A stretch of DNA of 64,000 bases from the human T2T-CHM13v2.0 reference genome, Homo sapiens, in NCBI RefSeq assembly GCF_009914755.1, contig NC_060930.1; one strand, given 5' to 3'. The position numbers and the translations under genes were made by a program. Of the stretch, positions 52,933 through 64,000 are shown one piece after another (position 1 is the first letter of the stretch; every line of letters starts with the position of its first letter). A model generated the notes under the pieces. The model was not told the origin of the DNA. It saw only the letters and a list, made by a program, of their open reading frames with translations, and made no database searches.

Positions 52933-54110
52933 GACCACACCATGTATTTCAATCCTAGGTTGGTTATTTATTGCTTTTATGGTGACAGAAGGATTGGAAT
53001 TTGGTCAGTAGTGAAGGATTGTTTCTTTGATACATACCAATTTTTCAGTTTGTCAAAGGGATCACCAGGCTCTATATCCTAGAGCAATATTTAATCTAAC
53101 ATCAATAATTCATGACAATACCAGAAGAGGGGCTATAGTTTTCTTTGTAAAGGAAAATGAAGGTATCAGGTTGGATTATGGCTTCAAGAAATAACTGTAC
53201 TGACAGCTTTTCTTTATTTAAATTTCTAGACTTTTTCTAAGTATCTTTATTAAAGGACTTTGTGAGGTTGAGTATTTAGCAAATTAGTGAATTTTCTGTA
53301 TTTTCACTTATTTTAGAGAAAGAACTATCACAATATTTAAACATTTCTAACCCTAAAAAAAAATGTAATGGATCTCAAAACTTGCACTAGTTATTACTAT
53401 AGCAACTACCCTGGGCTGCTAAGCCCACTCGTCTTGCTGCTCTACAAATCATAAAAATACCAAATAGACACCAAAGCCTTGTTAAATGCATCCTGACACA
53501 GTACAGAATTCTGTTTTGTAGTCTGTCTCTAACACTGTTTAAGGGGCTTAGTTGCCAGGGAACCTCGTCATCACAGCATCTTGCTTGGGCTCTGGTCCTA
53601 ACAGCAATCTTGGAGAACAACTCATTGTAAAATGCCAATTACCATGAAGAAAAATGCTTTGAAAGTCTTCTTTAAAAAGAGGCGGACTCTATTTTACTTT
53701 TTGTAGCTTCATCACCATATTTATTTGGGCTTTGTGCATTTAATTAATGATTCTGTAATAGATATTTCATTCCATTGATGATTGGTTTGGTTATGCAAAG
53801 TACAGTGGTAAAAGAATGTGCTAGAGAGAATGAGTTCACTCACTATCCAGATGAGACCCAACAAATAAAGACCATTCTTTTTCAGTAGTGAACATCCACA
53901 GCCCAATCCAAAGCCTTCAGAAGAAGGGGAGAGGTCCTCCCTCATTTCTCCCTTTCCTAAGGAGTGCATATACCCCAGGTATCATCACAGATGCACCCCT
54001 GCCAATGACGTTACTCACCCTGGTCACTGCCAGCCATCACTGATTTCACCACCGCTGACTCTGTCTTCTCTTTACAGCACTAATTCCTTGGAAAAGCTTT
54101 AAAAAAAAAT

Positions 54111-54402
54111 GACTGGGCGCAGTGGCTCATGCCTGTAATCCCAGCACTTTGGGAGGCCGAGGTGGGTGGATCACAAGGTCAGGAGTTCGAGACCAGCCTG
54201 GCCAATATGGTGAAACCACGTCTCTACTAAAAATACAAAAATTAGCCAGGTGTGGTGGTGGGCACCTGTAGTCCCAGCTACTCAGGAGGCTGAGGCAGGA
54301 GAATCAGTTGAACCCTGGAGGCGGAGGTTGCAGTGAGCCGAGATCATGCCACTGCACTTCAGCCTGGGTGACAGAGCGAGGCTCAGTCTCAAAAAAAAAA
54401 AA
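54111..54402 (+). mobile_element. AluSg-like
   Basis: Full Alu. Confidence 0.9.
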
Positions 54403-55220
54403 GAGGGATATATGGGCGAGTGTTTCTGCCCACTGGATCTCCCCACTGCCGAACTTTGACATTGCTCTTTCACCGGAGCTAAATGAGTCAAAGCAGCCAT
54501 CTGTTTTTCTATAGAGAGGGCTAGACAGTTCCGTTAATTTTCTCTGATTAACAGGCTGTGTGATATCATCACCTCCTCCTTAATATCTTGTAACACCTCT
54601 ATCATAACACTTGTCTGAATCTCCTTGTATTTACTTGACCACAAGCTCTTTGACAGCAGGGGTTTTATCTACCTTGCAATGATTTTACATACCTTGCAAA
54701 TGATTACATCTCTAGCACTTGCTCGTGCCACACCGTGAGTGCCCTAGAAAGGTTCCTTGAACTCAACTGAACCTCAAAATTTAGGAAAATAATGGTGCAG
54801 GGCTGTTTTCAAAACTACAGTGGGTATCTACTCACCCTCTTTCCCAGCTCTCACCCATCTTCCCAGCCCAACAATCTCATGTTATGGTCAAAGAGAAACC
54901 CCTTTATCACCTACAACCAGCCCTGATCTCCAGGCCCAGCCTCCAAGGGTGTATACAGGTTGTTCTAGATGGCTGGGTTGCATTTTAGTCTTGGTGGCTT
55001 TGGTTTTAATACAACTCCTCAAAATTAAGAGTGTGATCAGGAGAAGAAGAGGAAGCTCATTTCTGTTTGGGTGCAGCAGGGGACATAGCACAAGCTCCCT
55101 GTTCTGGAAGCCATTCAAGCTAGGACCTTTAGCTTCAAGCTATGACCTCACTGCATCTACTCACTTGACCTGGTTGGGTGGTGCAAATGGGATCAGGAGA
55201 GTTGAGTACTACAGAAATAG

Positions 55221-55411
<191 letters not shown>

Positions 55412-56490
55412 CCTTATATTCATTCTTAACTCCTAATCTGATAAAGTTGTAATTAACTAAATTACAACTTCATTATTCTCTAAGGGGAGCTAATTCTACC
55501 TTTCCTTCTGGCACTCACCATTTACTGAACAATTCTTATCTGAGTGTAGAATGTGACTATACCCACCAAGGCAAGCCCAGCCACCTTAGTAGCCATATGA
55601 GTAGATATAAAAAGATTGTTTCTTGGTTTGGAGACATAGCTACCATTTACAGAACCATCATGACTGTTTACACATTGGCCTCTTTAACGAAGAGCCTTTA
55701 GGGATCTTGACCATAGAATGTAAAAAAACATAGTCCCTGGTCTCAGGTAGCTCATAGTTTAATGTGGGAGAAAGACTCAAGTAAATCAGTAACTATGGCA
55801 CGTTTATTTGGTATGTGTTATTTATGACAGAGTTATACTCAGGGTACAAAGAAATATTTGGAGTACAAAAAAAAAAAAGGCACCAATCAGACTGGGGAGG
55901 AGGAGTGTCAGGAAATTCCAAGATTCAGGATTAAACTGAATCTCGAAGGCCAAGTGTGATGTGGAAGAGGTGAGGAGAGGAAGGAGAGAGAGCAGGACAC
56001 CCTGGCAGGGGCCTTAGGACATGCAAAGACTCAGAGGTATAAAAGCTGGGGATGTCTTGGGAACGGCAAATGTAGCACATTGGAAAGCAGTGGGAGGTGA
56101 GACCACACAAATCATCTGGGGCCAGATCATGGGGGAGCGGATGTGCTAAGTTCAATTCACAGGACCACATTTTGGCTTAGGCTATCCCCTGTACTGTAAG
56201 CTCCAGAGAAAGCAGAGAACATACCTTCCTCATTTATTTCTGTATCTACAGTGTCTGGGCCATGGTAAACTCTCAACAGATGTGTGCTGGATAATTAGAT
56301 TAATTCATTCATTAAACCTATCACTGGGAGAGGAATGTAATTTTATCAATGACAAACAACATTAGCATATTGTTACTGAGGAATGAATTTAAAAACAATG
56401 TAAAATACAAAAGATACTTAATTAAAGATAACAAGCTTTCAGCACCTACCACAAATAACATGAAGAGGTTTAGATTCTATCTCACAGAGC

Positions 56491-59096
<2,606 letters not shown>

Positions 59097-59789
59097 TTAT
59101 ATGATAAATTAGTTAATCATCATGTCTTTCTTTAGTTACATAGTAACATATTAAAAGAGGTTTACTAGCATCTAATAAACCTGTTTTCTTCCAAATGTGA
59201 AGTATTATTGTTCCCACTTTAAGAGGCATGAAGGTGTAAGGAGTCATACCCAGATGAGAGTAGTCCCTCTTTAGGCATCAGTCTGTTCTTGACTGGTTTG
59301 ACCACCTTTAGCTTCACTGGAGACCATAAATACTAATAATTAGTGAGGTATCTCTCATTAAGGATATGCAAAGGAATTATTTCAAAACTCAGGACTTTAT
59401 AAATTCAACAAAAGGACTAATTACAAAAAATGAACCTGCACTGTGAAATGAATAATATACAACTTTCTATTAACAGACACATAGTCAGGTACCTATAACC
59501 CCTTCTCAGCTGAAATTTGCTCTCATACAAAGTTCTGATATATATAGATTTATTTGTAATACGTTTTCAGCAAGTAAGAGAGTTTCACTTCAAGCACATG
59601 AAAATTATTACTCCCTCTATCAGGGAAACACAGAAAAAAAGAAAACTAGAGACTGAGAAAAGAAAAAGGAAGTAATATGAATGATAGCAGGCACAGTACT
59701 TGGTATACAGTAGGACCTCAGGAGATTTTGTTGAGTTGAGCTGGATTGAGATGGGGACATAGAAGTTTGCGCAATTAAGCAAAGAAAAA

Positions 59790-60436
59790 AATTCTTTTAA
59801 TTTTTATTTTAGGTTCAGGGGTACATATGCAAGTTTGTTTGTATAGGTAAACTTATGTCACGGGGGTTTGTTATACAGATTATTTTGTCACCCAGATACT
59901 AAGCCTAATATCCAATAGCTATTTTTCCTGATCCTCTCCCTCCTCCCACCCTCCACCCTTCAGTAAGCCCCAATGTGTGTTGTCCCTCTCTACGTGTCCA
60001 TGTGTTCTCATCATTTAGCTGCCACTTATAAGTGAGAACATGCAGTATTTGGTTTTATGTTCCTGCATTGGTTTGCTAAGGACAATGGCCTCCAGCTCCA
60101 TCCATGTTACTGCAAAAGACTTGATCTTGTTCTTTTTTATGGCTGCGTAGTATTCCATGGCATATATGCACCACATTTTCTTTATCCAATCTGTCATTAA
60201 TGGGCAATTATGTTGATTCCATTTCTTTGCTATTGTGAATAGTGCTGCAATAAACATTTGCATGCATTTGTCTTTATGATAGAATGATTTATATTCCTCT
60301 GGGTATATACTCAGTAATGGGATTGCTGGGTTGAATGGCAGTTCTGTTTTTAGGTCTCTGAGGTATCACCACACTGTTATCCGCAATGGAAAAACTAATT
60401 TACACTCCCACCAACAGTGTATAAGGGTTCCCTTTC
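59790..60436 (-). mobile_element. 5'-truncated L1PA (L1PA12-15-like)
   Basis: ORF 60015-60263 is the L1 ORF2 C-terminus (MFIAALFTIAK..WIKKMW..MEYYAAIKKN); L1PA 3' UTR; flanking CAAAGAAAAAAA repeat. Confidence 0.9.
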
Positions 60437-61127
60437 AAAGAAAAAAAAAAGCTGAGGGAACGTAAAACTAGGCCTTAGAAATGCACTATCAGATATATTA
60501 GGAATGAGAAGGCTATGATCAGTAAAAGAGGGTCTGACAGCACATAGAACCCATGAAGCCACTGAGGGCAGTGGGGGATCATTGTTGCAGAGCAGCAGGG
60601 AGAGGCTCAGAGACATGGTCCTACCTGATCAACACAAAGCTTTGCCCATCATGAGCATTCAAGTGAGGCTTTGTCTCTGGAGTTCTATAGGGATTCTGGA
60701 TTTGGAGAATAAATTGCTTTGCAACATAAAATGAAAAAGACTCTCACTGTGGAGTGGAGGCCCGGAAAGACAAGGGGCAGCCTCAAAACCCCATTGAGCA
60801 CTTTTCACAGAAAGCCTGGATGGCTTATAGTGAGCAAAAGATGATGAATGGGAGGTAACTTTACAGACTTCGCGGTCTGCATGGGGCATGTAAGACAGCA
60901 TAGAAATCGTCTTTATGAATGAGTTGTCTTTCTGGTTTGATTTCAGTGACATATACATTAGTAATAACAATAGCTAATCTTTCCTATTCCAAGCTTGTTT
61001 TCTAAGGGCTTTACATAAAATAAACCATTTAATCCAATTAACAACCTCATGAAACTGGTATCAGCATTATTTTCATTTTATAAACAAGGAAACTGATACG
61101 TGAAAATATAGTTTGGCTAGTAAGTAG

Positions 61128-61533
<406 letters not shown>

Positions 61534-61599
61534 TAGGAATGACCAAGGTGGTGATTGTCAGAGACCTGTCATAAGGGCTGTTCAGCACAAACAAATGTA

Positions 61600-62420
61600 C
61601 CAGTGATCATGTCTATGCTAAGCCACATCCTAGTTTGGAACCTGCTCGCTCTGGATCAATGACAGGAACATGACCCAGGGTGGGTCAACATTGAGCCCAC
61701 CCCCTCGATCACAGTACTAATTCAAAAGCTGGGAATAAAAATTCAGTCTGGAGAGTCTGAGCCGTTCCCTGAGATCTTTCAAACTGAGACTGAGAAAAGG
61801 CATCTTTTCATTTCTGCTTACAGATCTTTCAGGATGTGACTTTGACACTTGCTGCTGGCTACATTTCCTGCTGGGCAGAGAATGTCCATCTCTATTAGCA
61901 GAGAAGGAAGCTTAAGTGGAGCAAAGGAGAAAGAGGTTGGGGGGAGTGAGCTGACAATGTTTGAATTCCTGGTTCCAGTTCCTGGGACCCCAGAGCGGCT
62001 CTGAGTCCTGCCGATGGTCCTTTGAGCCACCTCTGTGTTCTTCAGTTAAATCATTTTTTTTTTTTTTTTTTTTGAGATAGAGTTTCACTCTGTTGCCCAG
62101 GCGGGAGTGCAGTGGCGCCATCTCGGCTCACTGCAGCCTCCGCCTCCCAGGTTCAAGCAATTCTCTGCCTCAGCCTCCTGAGTAGCTGGGATTACAGGCA
62201 CCCGCCTGGCTAATTTTTGTATTTTTAGTAGTGACGGGGGTTTCACCATCCTGGCCAGGCTGGTCTTGAACTCCTGACCTCATGATCCACCCGCCTCAGC
62301 CTCCCAAAGTGCTGGGATTACAGGCGCAAGCCACCGCACCGAGCCTAAATCATTCTTTGTGTTTAACCTGGTTTGGGTTGATTTTCTATCATTTCCTGCT
62401 CATAGTGTCCTAATTCAACA
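61600..62420 (+). mobile_element. Old MaLR LTR (MLT1K/L-like) interrupted by AluS (-, 62054-62345)
   Basis: CATGACCCAG...GAGCCGTTCCCTGAGAT...end GTTTGGGTTGATTTTCTATCATTT...GTCCTAATTCAACA. Confidence 0.6.
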
Positions 62421-62678
62421 CTCTTCTCTCAATATGCAGCTCTGCCAGCACCTGTCTTTGTTCAAGAGGTCAGCTGCTGAGGCGTGTCTGCATCCCACGT
62501 AGACCACATGCCACGCCAGTGCGTGTCCTGTGCCAATCTGCATCTGTCTGCACAACACGGTCTGCATTCTGATCCATGTATTTCAGAAGACATTTCAGCC
62601 ATTTATACCTACAATTCTCAAAGTTTAGCTTTTCAGACATATGTATATATTATGTTTATATTGCCTTCGCTTTAGATA

Positions 62679-63128
62679 TGTAAAAGGAAAATACATCTTG
62701 GGGGCCCCAAATCACTAAGCCACAGGGAAAAGTCAAGCTGGGAACTGCTTAGGGCAAGCCTGCCTCCCAGTCTATTCAAAGTCATCCCTCTGCTCACCAA
62801 GATAGATGCTATCCGATTGCCTCCTTTGGAAAGGCTAATCAGAAACTCAAAAGAATACAACAGTTTGTCTCTCACCAACCTGTGACCTGGAAGCCCCCTC
62901 CATGCTTGAGCTGTCCTGCCTTTCTGGATGGAATCACTATACATCTTACATATATTGATTGATGTCTCATGTCTCCCTAAAATGTATAAAGGCAAGCTGT
63001 GACCCAGCCATCGTGGGCACATCTAGTCAAGACCTCCTGAGGCTGTGTCACGGGTGCACGTCCTCAACCTTGGCAAAAATAAACTTTCTCAATTAACTGA
63101 GACCTGTCTCGGATATTCGGAGTTCACA
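62679..63128 (+). mobile_element. MER4A1-type solo LTR
   Basis: TGTAAAAGGAAAATACATCTTGGGG...GGGAAAAGTCAAGCTGGGAACTG...AATAAAC...GTTCACA; perfect TSD GATA/GATA. Confidence 0.9.
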
Positions 63129-64000
63129 GATAGCTCCATTCTAATTGCTAGTACACAAATCCAAGAAAATGTGGAACTTCGGGGAGGACTCCACAATTTG
63201 GGAACTTTTTCTTTCCTGTGATGAAAAGCTTTAATCCTTGTCTTTCGGCAGAAAATGAGTAGCTTGCGCTTAAAATGCAGGCTGGAGAACTTTTTCCTCG
63301 AAGTCTGTCCCTCTCTGATTGACAGTCTCTAGTTGTCACAGCGGGGATTAAAAATAAGCTACTTCCTTCCTCCCTCTTTGGAGTTTTGGTTTTTAACTAT
63401 TTAATCTCCACTATATGTGAACCATAGTCTGACTAAATATTTTGCCTAAGGTATAGCTGATTAATAGATAAGTAGATCTTTTCTCTTTCCATGTATATCC
63501 TAGTAGTCAACACTGTCTCGAAATAATGTACACAAAAATCAAAGGACTAGAAAAATATAAAGTAGTGAGTAGATAATTCAAAGTTAAAGACGACAACCAA
63601 TAAAAGTTGAGATTTAACCGCCTTAAGTTATTTTTTCCTCATCGCTTTGAATAAAAAGCTAAACTGTAGATTCCAGCCGAGTTCCATCTCACTGGGTTCT
63701 GCCTTTTTCTTGGGTGGCTTTGTACATGGAAAACCGATAGAGGCCTTCTCCTAACAAGGGCCACATCACCTGTAATTAATTTCCAGGCTTCCAACCATGA
63801 GCACAGGGAACACCCACACCTTCCCTCCCCTAGCAGCTCCGGGGCAAGCCTGCCCAGCAAAGCAATCTAGAAAGTGATTTCGTTTTCTGACTAATGCAGA
63901 AGAAATCCTCTTATAACGACTTAAGTAAGCTGTCAGTCAAGCAGTATTTATTGAGAGCCACCTTCAGGATATTCAGGAGGGAAACTAATGCTGGAGACAA

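Noticed and set aside
55443-55471. 11-bp-arm hairpin AAGTTGTAATT/AATTACAACTT, and short local duplications at ~29751-29812, ~48381-48403 and ~49407-49460
   Set aside because: Short AT-rich slippage or chance events with no functional support.
60015-60263. Intact-looking L1 ORF2 C-terminal peptide
   Set aside because: A ~650-bp 5'-truncated L1PA with no promoter or RT domain.
63130-64000. Slightly CpG-richer unique sequence at the window end as a gene start
   Set aside because: Not a CpG island, and no convincing exon or ORF is visible.

Overview
Primate genomic DNA, almost certainly human or great ape, judged from AluJ/S/Y, ERV9 LTR12 and MER41 elements. The window is intergenic or deep intronic. 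I find no credible protein-coding gene, tRNA or rRNA: the longer ORFs in the track are antisense-Alu, GC-rich LTR12 or dead L1/ERVL translations. It is dominated by transposable elements: about 45 Alus, fragmented L1/L2/MIR, DNA transposons and more than 15 solo LTRs. Five things stand out. (1) Four independent ERV9 LTR12 solo LTRs lie within about 28 kb, three on + and one on -; three of the four have lost the R-region AATAAA by different lesions while keeping CCAAT/GATA arrays. (2) Two multi-level nested insertion stacks occur, several with readable target-site duplications (TSDs). (3) A MER41B LTR has both GAS (STAT1) motifs intact. (4) A cluster of fold-back inversions sits at 39.7-40.3 kb. 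(5) A few non-repeat promoter- or enhancer-like islands are present. Repeat subfamily names come from my recall of consensus sequences and need RepeatMasker/Dfam confirmation. Boundaries of old elements are approximate.
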